A stretch of 64,000 bases of DNA, taken from NCBI GenBank assembly GCA_001179505.1, contig CDMY01000104.1, positions 1 to 64,000 on the forward strand, written 5' to 3'. The notes beneath the pieces were generated by a model, which worked only from the letters and a program-made list of their open reading frames with translations, was not told where the DNA came from and made no database searches. Within the stretch, counting starts at the first letter, position 1; each line of letters begins with the position of its first letter. Positions 24,701 through 35,741 of this stretch are shown here, piece by piece. The DNA is from Vitrella brassicaformis CCMP3155. Taxonomy: Eukaryota; Protista; Chromerida. The position numbers and the translations under genes were made by a program.

Positions 24701-25928
24701 CCCTTCTTGGTCACCTCTATGCCTAAACACACACCACACCACACACAGACAGACGCCACACACACACACACACAGACACAGACAAGAATGTGCGCGCACT
24801 GCAGGCGTGTTGGTGAGTGCAGTGCAGTGCTCTGCAGTGCACATGGCTGACCTTCCATCCAGGTGAGCATAGAGGGGATGATCCACACCAGGCAGCCTGC
24901 ACAGATCGATGGATGGATTATGTGTGTGGTGTGGTGTGGGTGGATGTGACACATGTGCAGCCACCGCACCGGCCGTGATGAGCGAGACCACACACGTGAC
25001 ACCCCTTCACACAGACACACACACACACACACACATATGGACACACACACATCCCCTCCCCGCACAGACATAGTACATTGCACAAAGGTGTGTGGGCCCG
25101 CACTGACTTGAGGAAGGACAGCAAGCCCATCGCGTGTGTCAAATGGGCATCGGTCAGCGCTGAACACACACACCACACATCACCCCCTCCATGAGTGTGA
25201 GTCAGTGTGTGTGTGTGTGTGTGGACGCACCGGTCATGAAGTGGGTCGTTCCGCAGAAGACTTCACACACACACAGACACACACACCCGTGCAGAGAGGG
25301 AGAGAGATAGCCCACCCTGTGGGTGTGGAGGCGTGGCCATGAAGCTCACATATAAACAGCATGAATGTGACGCCCAGCGTCAGCACCTCAACCTGGTCCT
25401 TGGCCGTCAACACCTACGCACGAGAGAGAGAGAGGGAGAGGGAGAAGGAGAGAGGTCAGTCAGTGCATCCGTCTGTGTGTGGTGTGTGTGTGTGCATGTG
25501 TCTGTGTGCCTGGTCGGCGAGCAGCTTCGAGAAGGGGTTGAACTCCGTCGCCATGCGGTACCTTTATCCATCCATCCACACACACTCGTCAGTCAATCCA
25601 TCCATGTGTGTGCGCACACACAGTCAGACACACACCCACATACACACACAGACGCACAGACGCACACACGTCAGGTAGGTAGGGTACCTGACGACGAAGA
25701 AGAAGATCTGAATGGGTATACTGACATAGGCAAAGCTCGTCAACAGGTCAAAGCCTGGCAAGGCAAGTCAACCACACACACACACACACACACACATGCA
25801 ATGAATGAATGAGTGCCCGACAAACAAACACAACACCCTTGTCTGTGTGTGTGTGTGTGTGTGACTGTGTGTCGGTAACCGTACTTACCGATTGTGAGGT
25901 GGAAGAGGTGTGGGCTGATCTGCTCCAT
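21766..25928 (-). CDS. Protein with an N-terminal ETR1-type ethylene-binding TM domain and a long non-kinase cytoplasmic tail, >20 small exons
   Basis: Exons 25928-25889, 25754-25688, 25561-25510, 25413-25350, 25260-25231, 25159-25108, 25004-24970 and 24896-24852 splice in phase to MEQISPHLFHLTIGFDLLTSFAYVSIPIQIFFFVVRYRMATEFNPFSKLLADQVLTAKDQVEVLTLGVTFMLFIFFCGTTHFMTALTDAHLTHAMGLLSFLKGVTCVVSLITAGCLVWIIPSMLTWMEG. Downstream exons continue in compatible phase to ~21766. Confidence 0.8.
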
Positions 25929-25977
25929 CAGACTCTGAGGCGATTGCGGCCTGAAGAGATGTCACAAACACTGTCCG

Positions 25978-26118
25978 CCTGTCTGTCTGTCTGTCTGTCT
26001 GTCTGTGCATCTGTCTGTCTGTCTGTCTGTGTGTCTGTCTGTCTGTGCATCTGTCTGTCTGTCTGTCTGTGTGTCTGTCTGTCTGTCTGTCTGTGTGTCT
26101 GTCTGTGCATCTGTGTGT
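25978..26118. repeat. Compound (TGTC/TCTG)n microsatellite in a 5' intron
   Basis: ~140 bp of tgtc/tctg units. Confidence 0.9.
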
Positions 26119-26411
26119 GACTTACCCGCCATCTCCCCCAAGAGTCAGAGTGCTCAGCCCTTCAGCAGCAGCAGTAGCTGATGCTGCAGCCATCTGACGC
26201 AGACTCATCATCACCATGATCACAATCACCAGCACGCACTTTGTCAACTGATAGCAAGATGCCACGAGGTGCGATGCCTTCCGACGCCGCCGAACGGCAT
26301 CTTATTTTCTCATCTCAATGAGTTTTTTTGCCCAAGGAACCTGCGAGCTTAGAGATGTTGCGAGCTGCGGGAAAGAGCTGCGGGAAAGTGGTCACTCGAC
26401 TGCAAACTACG

Positions 26412-26687
26412 ATGGCGAAGCCCTCTCACGTGCGGTTCAATGTGGGCGGGAAGGAGTTCTCCACCAGCAGGTCTGAGTCGGAGCGAGGAACGCAATCTTG
26501 CAGATCTTTTAGTGCATGCGATGCGATGCATGCGACGATAAAGATCTCTTTGTGTGTGTGCAGGACGACCATCAAGAAGTTCCCGAACTGTTTGCTCTCA
26601 AGGGTGGGGTAGAGAGGCAGGGCAGGGAGGACCGGACAGACATGCATGTGCTGTAGTGAGTGCTGTGTGGATGTCTGGATGGCATTG

Positions 26688-26725
<38 letters not shown>

Positions 26726-28136
26726 TGCAGATGATAGACGACCCCGAGCTGGACCAGACAGAGGCTCTCTACGGTACGGTGTGTCTGTCAGATCAGTCAG
26801 TCACACATAGCCAATCACTGCATGCGGTTGCTATGTGTGTATGTGTGTGTGTGTCGTCATTCGTCATGCGATGCAGTTGACGGCGACCCCGAGCTGTTCC
26901 CCTTCGTGCTGCAGTACATGCGTCACGGCCCGCCTGTCGCTCTCGACCCAAAGGCAGGCAAAGAAGCTGGGATGGGACCACCACGACACACCGCACCACA
27001 ACCACGGGTGGGCGGATGGATGCGTGTGTCTTATATTGCAGATCTCCGCCAATCGTGTGATCAAGGAGATGGTGGCCTACGGCCTGGAAGTCAGCAGGGA
27101 CAACTTTGAGGTCGAGCGACAGGTATGTAGGTACCTATGTAGAGTAGACACACACACACATGGGATGGGTGCTCGCACCGCACATGTGTGTGTGTATGTG
27201 TGTGTGTTTGATGTGTGTGCAGACGGACCACAGAGAAGCGATGTTCGAGCTGGCCAGAACCCTTGCGCTCGGTGAGTGAGTGACTGCATGGCTATCATAA
27301 GGCTGAAAGGCATCCATCCATCCATCCATGTGTGTGTGTGTGTGTGATGCGATGCGTGCAGGCCTGGTCAACAAGACGGTCAACGAATCAAGCGACTTCA
27401 AACTGGGTAGGTGACTCTACACACACCAAACACATCAGATGACGCAGGTAGGCATCTCTGTGTGTGTGTGTGTGTCAGGTGCTTTGCTGACGGAGTCGTG
27501 CCGCGTGCACGGGGGCGAGATAACGCAGCACCGACAGGCACGTAGACCACCACCCAGACACGCACGCACCCTCTTTGATGTGCCTGAGGATCACCCAGAC
27601 ACACACACACACCACACCACACCACACAACACACACACACGTGTGAGCAGACAAACAGACATAAGTGAAGTGGGTGTGCGTCTGTCTGTCTGTCTGTCTT
27701 TCTGTCTTTCTGCAGGTGTGTCAGGCGTCGCCCAGTATCTTCCTCGGGATGGTGGCTCTCGAGCTTCAGCGACTCCAAGCAGGTAAGGTAGCCTCTCTAC
27801 CCACACACACACACGCACACACACGCGTGCATCTCTCTCTCTCCTTGTTTGCATTGCATGTGTGTGTTTGATCGATCAGGTGTGCGCCACGTCTGGATCA
27901 CGCCCCACGGGATGGCCGAGCCCGACGTCTACTCGGTCATCAGCCGCAAGATCGACCCCGGCACGCCCATCAACACACACATGCTACCCTCGCCCAGCTA
28001 CCCACAGCCATCCACACCCACACTACCACCCCCTCCCCCTCTCCACAACGCCGCCACTCACACGCACACCCACATGCCGCAGCCGACCGCGCCGAGCACT
28101 TTGCCCAGCACGGCGGCCACGAGTGACAACAAGTGA
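26412..28136 (+). CDS. BTB/POZ (KCTD/T1-type) domain protein, multi-exon
   Basis: MAKPSHVRFNVGGKEFSTSR / TTIKKFPNCLLSR / ..DGDPELFPFVLQYMRHG / ..RVIKEMVAYGL; proline-rich last exon. Confidence 0.85.
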
Positions 28137-29399
28137 TGTGTATGATGTGACGTGCGTAGGGAGGGAGGAGAGAGTTGCGTGTTGTGTGGTGCCCAGCTGT
28201 GGCTGCCTTACCTGCCAGTACGTTTAGTGAGGGGTGGAGGTGAGAGAAAAGAGAGAGACAGAGGTTATATGTTCAATGAGTGTGTGTGTATCTGTCTGCA
28301 TTTATTGCACACATTTGTACGTCACACCGTAAGTGTTTTGTTGGATCAGATCGAGGGGAGGGAGGGAGGAGTGCTGCTGGGATGGGTGCGGTGGGTGAGG
28401 TGAGCGGTCTTGACAAGACGTCTCAGTGACTGAGAATCGCGAAGTGCGTGGCCGGCGACCGAGTGGCGGCGTTTTTCCATATAATCTGCATACACTCGTG
28501 CACTCGTGTGCTCATTTTAATGGCGTTTTTGCGTGATATGCAAGTGCCGCTGCGTAGAATGAGACGCGTGCGTCTGATCGATGGGTATCATCTTTATCGT
28601 CGAGATCCTGCTGGGCGAACGACAGCTGAGTGAGGTCGAACGCCAGCAGGGGCTCCATAAGAACTTCTGGAACCAGTCGCCACAGCCACGACAGAAGCCG
28701 CCGGGAGCCATAACGCACCCATGATGCAATCGCCGCCGGGGTGAGTCCGCAGTGGCGGGCAACGAATATCCTCAGGGCAAACGCGGTTCGCATATGGACG
28801 TCGCAACTGCTCCTACAATGTACATCAGTGAGGGACGGCCACACCACAACTGACATGTGGCGAGAATTTCTTGATCGCGTTTACGAGACGGCTAGGTTGG
28901 AAACGAAGATTGTTTCCTTTCATTTTCCCCCTGCCCTCTGGTTTTCCAATCGCTCTTGGTGTTTGAAATGTGCCACGCTGTTCTTTCCACAATTAAAGGC
29001 TGTTCTCTCTACAAAGGCAACCTCTGCAAGGGCCATCCATCGGCGTGGCGTCAGCATGCACGTGCAGGAGCCCTTACTGCGGCTCTGAGGGGCACTCGGC
29101 AGCCACCGCCCGGCCCCTGCCCTCTCTCGATTGCCCTCTCTCCAGCTCGAACAAGGCAGGCGGCTCCCGAGAGCATGGAAAGCGGCCTCACGTGCGGCGT
29201 TGGGTGGCCAAGAAGGCACCAGGGTCGTCATCTTCGACTGGGTAAGCACGGGGGTGCATTGAGAATCGGATGCATCTAACGAGAAATAATATGAGGTTCA
29301 CCTTGCACACGCAGAATGCCTCCCATGTTCTGACCGATGTGAGAAGAAAAGGGTACGCACACGCACACAATACAGGCACATTTATGAGATGTATGTATA

Positions 29400-30440
29400 T
29401 GTCCCTTTGTAGAGCAAGGTGGTATCCCTCGGTGTCGGGGATGGTGTCATGTCAGCTCATGGCCGACAACTCAATCGTGGATGCGATCGGATCCTGGGCT
29501 GTTTGAACGACAGCTGATATATTGACGGATGCCAGCAGGCTCCGCTCCACTGGCCACCGTTGCAACAGCAGGCTCGGCTCCATCGAGTCCATCGAGTGCG
29601 AGACCATGAGTGGCCGGCGGAAACTGAGGCGAGGAGAAGGATAAGCCTGAGAGGTTCATAGCGGTTGAGGAAAAGCCGACTGTCGTTGCGGTACGGCCGT
29701 TTCTCGTGTCCTTGTTCGACAACGTGCAGCCTCCAACGCGGACGACGCCACGATCTTCTCTGTGCTTGATGAAAAGCCGCATCTCGTGGGGTCGTACGGA
29801 CGCATCTCGTGGGGTTGTTCGATGACCTGCGGCCTCGTGTCACCCCTGACTCCTGCCAACGACGACCAGATTCCATCACTGGCGTTTGGCAACCATGGGG
29901 TCGCTGGTGCACAAGCGGGTCCCGTACTCGTGTCTGTGACTCGCCGTAAGATGGCCATGGCCCACAATCCAATGAAGCAACGCCAGCGTTGTGTCTTTGT
30001 CGTTCTGTCTGCAGGTCACGTGGCTGTCAACGCTGGCCTCGAGAACCCCAGTTGCTGGGGCAGGTTCCTGGTTTCCTTGTTCAGCATCAAGACGCGCCAG
30101 GGGCTGACAGGGCAAACTTGGTTATAGGGGTGATCAGCGGGATCCTCACCATCGTCTGGCTGATCCTGTTCCTGGAAGCGGCTGGATACGGCGAACAAGG
30201 TGGCGTGGCTGAACTTGATCATCCTCATCATCATCTCGATCATCCTGGCATCTCATAATCGTCTGTCTGTCTGTCTGCCTGTGTGTCAGCTTTTAAAGCA
30301 TCCATCCATCCATCCACACATCACCCCATACAGGCATCAGGCCCAAACACAGATGGGCTTCCTGGTGCACAAGCGGTTCCGGTACTCGTGTCTGTTCCTC
30401 GCCGTAAGATGGCCCACCATCCGATGAAGCAATGCAATGG
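29400..30440 (+). pseudogene. Probable degraded multi-TM protein gene
   Basis: Hydrophobic segments (LVIGVISGILTIVWLILFL; KVAWLNLIILIIISIILAS) lie in different frames without usable introns. A ~90-bp direct repeat occurs at ~29895 and ~30355. Confidence 0.35.
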
Positions 30441-31097
30441 ATCTTTGTCGGGTAGGAGGGTGGAGGAATCAATGCTTATTGTGGGTGTGTGTCTGCGGCG
30501 AGCGCATTCCCTTGTGTGTCTCTGTTGTTCCGTCAGGCTGATCGCTGCCTACATTTTATATCCGTGGTCGCTTTTATATCAGTGAGTGATTCATTTCATT
30601 CGTCGTGGAAGTACGTTCTCTCTGCGCGTCTGCACAATCAGCCCACCCACACACCCACACACCCACACACCCACACAGAACCACGCAATCAGCCCAACAG
30701 GCAGGCTCGACACCCACCCCACTGACTTTGTTGATTGACAAACAACACTGACTGGCACGGAAGAAGGTCGGCGGCCCTCAGTGGGCCGACATGTGTACGT
30801 CACATCTCATCCACCCAACAGACAACAGACAATCGACAGCCACTGACTCTGAATCTGTTGATAGACAAACAACACTTGCAAGTAAGAAAGACAGACAGGT
30901 CGGCCCTCAACGGGCCGACATGTGATCATCCATCCACTAAGTCAACCCCTCCCTCCCTCCCTCCCTCCGTCTGTCTGTCTGTCTGTCTGTCGCTGGTCCA
31001 CCAGATTGATGTGACCAGCCAGCCCACAGAGCGACCAGAGAAGAGCAGACGAACCCCATCACACCACACCACACCGCACCACACGCACTGGCTGCCC

Positions 31098-32473
31098 TCA
31101 CGCACGACGCAGATGGAATCTCTGGCAACGATGCGACGAGTCTGCACGCAAGAGAAGACAAAGAAGGACATGCACTCTGTCTGTCTCTGTCTCTGTCTCG
31201 GTCTCTCTGCGTGTGTGTGTACCTTTTTCGGTTCGCCGCAGAGGAACACCTTCGACGGCCTCATCGCTCTCGTCCCCTGCAAGTGTCGCATCCGCCTGCA
31301 CACAGCACGACATACACACAGACAGACAATCGGTGATCGTCCGTCCATCTGATCCGCGCGTGTGTTTGGCATACCTGATGTGCTGCCATGGTCGTGTTGT
31401 TCAGCTGGCCGTCCACCCAGTCGACGATCGCCTTGACGCCCTTCTCGCCCTCGTACGTCGCCAGCTCAGTCAAGTTGCCGTCTGTGAAGAGCTTGAGCAT
31501 GGGAACGTGCTCAATCCAATACTTCTCGCAGAGGTCAGGGTTGCCGTCACACTCGACTTTGATCAGCTTGACGGCAGGGTCGCGCTCAGTGAGATTCGCC
31601 GTGACGTTGTCGAAGACAGGCAGCATCGCCTGAGAGGCTGGACACCACCAGGCATAAAACATCACCAGCACATAGGGACTCTCCTTGATATGCTCGTCAA
31701 AGTCTGCCTCCGTCGCCTCAATCGCCACCACCGACGTGTCACTTTCCGCTACTGGTGCAGGGTCTGCACACACCAATGCATCCATCCACCCATCAGTAAG
31801 TAATCTGAGTCAGTTTTTATTCATTTGCGTAAGTGCCTAGGTGCGTACCGCTTTGCGTCCGGCGGAAAGGCACTGGCTCCTCTGCAAGTGTCTGATCTGC
31901 CTGCACACACACCACACCACACCACACCACACAGGCAAACGACACGGTGATCGACCGGCTGACTGACAGATCGCTGCTCGTTCATCCATCCATCCCTACC
32001 TGATTGGTCGAGTTGCTCAGCTGGCCTTCGACCCACTCAACGATCTCGTCAGCGCTCGAAGACCCCCCGAGGGGGAGAGGCGTCGGTGAGTCAGAACTGC
32101 CGTCCGCAAACCATTTTAGTGTCGGATACCCAGTGATATTATATCTATCAGATCCACACAACTCACAGCGGACGCCGCCGCAGTCGCAGTCGACCTTGAT
32201 CAGCTTGACGGGAGGGTCGTGGACGGTCAGGTTGGCCGCCGCGATGTCGAATTCCGGCAGCAGCATCTTCGACCAGAAACACCATGGCGCGTAGAACATC
32301 ACCACCACATAGGGATTCTCCTTGATGTGCTCGTCGAAGTCTGCCTCCGTCGCCTCAGTCGTCGCCACCACCGAGGTGTCATTTTCCGCTGCTGCTGCAG
32401 GGTCACCACGCACGGACAGCAGACAGCCGCTCACGAGAAGGCCAGCAAGGACCAAGAGGCACGGCCGCTGCAT
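31098..32473 (-). CDS. Signal-peptide PDI-like protein with two thioredoxin domains, both CXXS (WCFWS, WCPAS), 5 exons
   Basis: MQRPCLLVLAGLL.. leader; domain 1 (VVVMFYAPWCFWSKMLLPEF..GYPTLKWF); linker exon ADQTLAEEPVPFRRTQS; domain 2 (VLVMFYAWWCPASQAMLPVF..VPMLKLF); ends DSSHRCQRFHLRRA*. Confidence 0.85.
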
Positions 32474-32810
32474 TGGTTTGGTTGGTGGCGAGTGGCTGGG
32501 CTGGAAGAGCGAGTACAGCGGCAGACAAGGACGATGGATGCCAGCAACGAGGCGGGCGACTCGGTGGCAGCAGTCAGTCTTGCACACCTGCAGTGCAATG
32601 CAACAAACAAGAGACAGAAGACACACAGACATCTCTCTCTCTCTCCGATCTCTGAACGAGAGCTCTCTCTCAGCTCTTTTTCGGTCAGCTCGCTGGTGCC
32701 GCTCCTGACTCTCTGCTGCTCATCCTCTCTCTGTTCGGTCTCAGTAGAGAGAGCGGTTTCACGGAATGTTTCGGCTCGCCTTTGCGAGGCAGCTGGCTTC
32801 GACTTCTCCG

Positions 32811-33567
32811 ATGGATGATTCCTTGGAAGATCTAGGCATCGCGAATCTCTTTGACGAGCCGAAGGAAGCACAAAACCAAAGCAGGTCCGCATCTCGAACG
32901 GCACTCCATCATCGATTTCTTGATTGTCTTGGTTGTTGTGCAGGTCAGGAGGCATCCGCCGAGCAGCCCCTGCGCAAGATATTGGTGGCGCCAGCGCCGA
33001 ACCACGCGCAAAGCGGCCACGAATAGATGCCACCTCGCCCAACAGAGGTGAACGGAAAAGAGAACAGCCATGTGTGTTGATGCATCCATCGGTTCTTGCT
33101 TACATACTCCGTACTTATAGCTGTTGGCAGAGAGGGCGCTGAGGGAGCCGCTGTCAGTGTCAGTGGCCGGCGGCGCTCACCGAACATTCGCATGCTCGGC
33201 AACGTCACGGACGCACAGCTACACGCGCTGGACAGAGGTGAGAGAGAATGAGCTGAGATGTGGAAGATGGGCGGACAGGACTTGCACACATCGGTTGTGT
33301 GTGTGTGTGTGTGTGTGTCAGGTGAGTTGATTGAGCTGCTGAGGAGTGCCATCCAGCAGCATGATGACATCAAAGATCTGGTGCGTCAGGAAGGGCAGGC
33401 AGATGAGATGCAAGTGCTTGGAGCGGTGATGGTGGATTGATTGATTGACTGACTGTGTTTTGTCTTGCCTTTGTGTGCGTGGTCTGTCTGTGCAGGTGCA
33501 TAGTGCGTATGAGAAGAAGCTTGCCGTCATTCGTGCTGAACAGGCGGCAGATAGCTCGAGCGGCTGA
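32811..33567 (+). CDS. Hypothetical ~140-aa protein, 5 exons (paralog of 2290-3056)
   Basis: In-phase GT-AG splicing from MDDSLEDLGIANLFDEPK to EKKLAVIRAEQAADSSSG*. Confidence 0.75.
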
Positions 33568-33834
33568 TGGGCGCTGACGCGTCCATCAATGTGTGTAGAC
33601 AGACAGACAGACAGACGGACGACCATGGCAAGACGGCCACTGGCCTTGTAGAAATACGTACGCTTCATTCTCATGGAATTTACCACACGTTGATGCACAC
33701 GCATTCTGTCAAACAGACGATGGGATCATCCCTGCACAAGAAAACTACTACTCACGGACAACGTATATAACGACTCGCCCGTCACACACACGGCCCGCCT
33801 GCCCGCCTGCATGCATGCATCACTGCCTGTCGGC

Positions 33835-34823
33835 CTACTCGGCTTTCTTCCCCTCCTCATCCCGTACAAAAATGTAAACCGGCGGTGCCTTGGCCACCAC
33901 CACATAGAGCATCGCCCCCAGCAGAGGAACGAGGCACACCACCATGTACCAGCACCACCACGCAGACAGCAGGGGGTGCTTGACCGTCCACCTGCACCTC
34001 CAACCACACCAGACAGACACAGACAAAGTCTCCTTTGTGTCGGTGCGTTTGTATGTGTGTACCCAGAGTACATGGCCAGCTCCATGGCGGCCAGCCCGAC
34101 AAAGAACACAGGCCACCCAGCCGTCCTGTGCACCTTCTTGACCACCACTGACACGCTCCTCGGCAGAAATCCCCTGCCATAATAGTACAGAGCGCCTCCC
34201 ATGCTCGCGGCAGCCATTGCCAGGAAGGCGGCCAGGCCCACCCACGAGTGATAGGTGGTGAAGTGGGGCTTCTTGTTGATCTGCTTGTTGTAATAGATAC
34301 ACGCGAAACCTGATGGATGGATGGAAGAGCAGCTCATGCACCACCACACGCACGACACGAGCAGGTCGGTGAGTGAATGGCGAGAATGAATGGCCTCACA
34401 CCTTACCGATGCTTATTGCCACGACCGTGGCAGCATTGAGCATGGCGTGTGAGAAGTCCCTGGTAGCGCCGCGCAGTGCAGTGAAGCTCAAGAGGCTGAG
34501 GGGCAGCAGCAGGCCGACGGCAGAAGCCATGCCGATGACATGGCCGCTGAAGATGGACACATTGGGCTCCACTGCTGCAATCACCAAATTGGCTGTCAGC
34601 CTGAAAGACAGACATACACGGCAAAGAGCGCATGACTCGCGGCATGAGTGAACCACTGATGGATCCCGTGTGTGTGTGTGTGTGTGTGTGTTGGCAGGTA
34701 TGTGCTTTGCTGGAGATCCTGCCTCATGCGGGAGTACCCGATGCATGACGCACAGAGCCCTCCGTAGCGCCTCAAAGCGGATGGATTCAGCTTCCACTTC
34801 ACTCGCTTGGACGAATCATTCAT
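33835..34823 (-). CDS. Cytochrome b561-domain protein (CYB561D-like); start uncertain
   Basis: Four heme-ligand His in TM context: SIFSGHVIGM, DFSHAMLN, KPHFTTYHSWVGL, KKVHRTAGW. Confidence 0.85.
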
Positions 34824-35741
34824 TGCTGAAGCCCAGAAGCCACACTAGATAATGGTATGTGATTGAGTGGTTCTCCCCCCTTTTTCCCACTCAGTGCAGT
34901 CAGCAGTTTCAGGAACCACCCTAGGCGGCCGGACGGCCAAGTCCCCTGTGATTGGCTGATCGTTGCTTTGGTGGCTCAGAGAGCGCTCATTTTTCCACTT
35001 CCCCCTTCTGGCTTCTGTACACTTGCCATGGCTCTTGCTGGGCGACAGCGCCCGTTCTTGTGTATGTAGCCAGAATCGGTGTTTGTCAACGTTCTACAAG
35101 GCAGCCAGTGCTCTCTGCTGCCATCTGTTTGTCCGCCGGTGCCAGTGCAGGGAGGGGTAGACAGGCCGTGTGCATGCTTTGCATGTACATGCTGCTAGTT
35201 TAGTGCGTGAGACAACAGGATCCCTCCGGGGTTACAAACACGAGTCTCGTTAAACACACTAACCAACCAACCAACCAACCTGTTGTTTTACTCTCGTCTG
35301 CAAGCATAAGTGCAAGTGGAGAGAGATCTGCACTGGCTTTTAAACGATGCGCGCACTGACCCTCGACGTTCGGGGAGCATGACACCAGGAATCGGCTTCA
35401 TCCTTTGCCACCCAGATGCCTGTGCGTTTTCAACGGTGGACAGACCCACTGACTGTGTGGGACGCTGTTATCTGTCAATGAGATTGAGGTGCACCCATGC
35501 AAACATTTAATTGGCAAGCACACACACACACAGACACGCACAGACCCACACAGATACCATGACATATCAGCGGCCATGCAGCCACAGGTCCACAGCAAGG
35601 CAGCGGGCCTCCCTCCCTATCAACCCCCCAGCCCAACCACATGCACCCATCCATCCCACCCACCCATCCACTATTGCGTGACGCAAAGTGACAGCATCAA
35701 AACACTCATCCGTCAGCACCCGTCAGCCACTCAGCCCTTTT

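Larger units (their letters stand above)
30620..33695. repeat. Internal copy of the segment duplicated (inverted) at 2165-5400
   Basis: See 2165-5400. Confidence 0.9.

Noticed and set aside
26130-26260. In-frame TGA after a CCC codon run (SYCCC-TGA), suggesting selenocysteine upstream of the ethylene-domain gene
   Set aside because: The frame has no ATG and no SECIS is evident; more likely a 5' UTR exon with the start at 25928.
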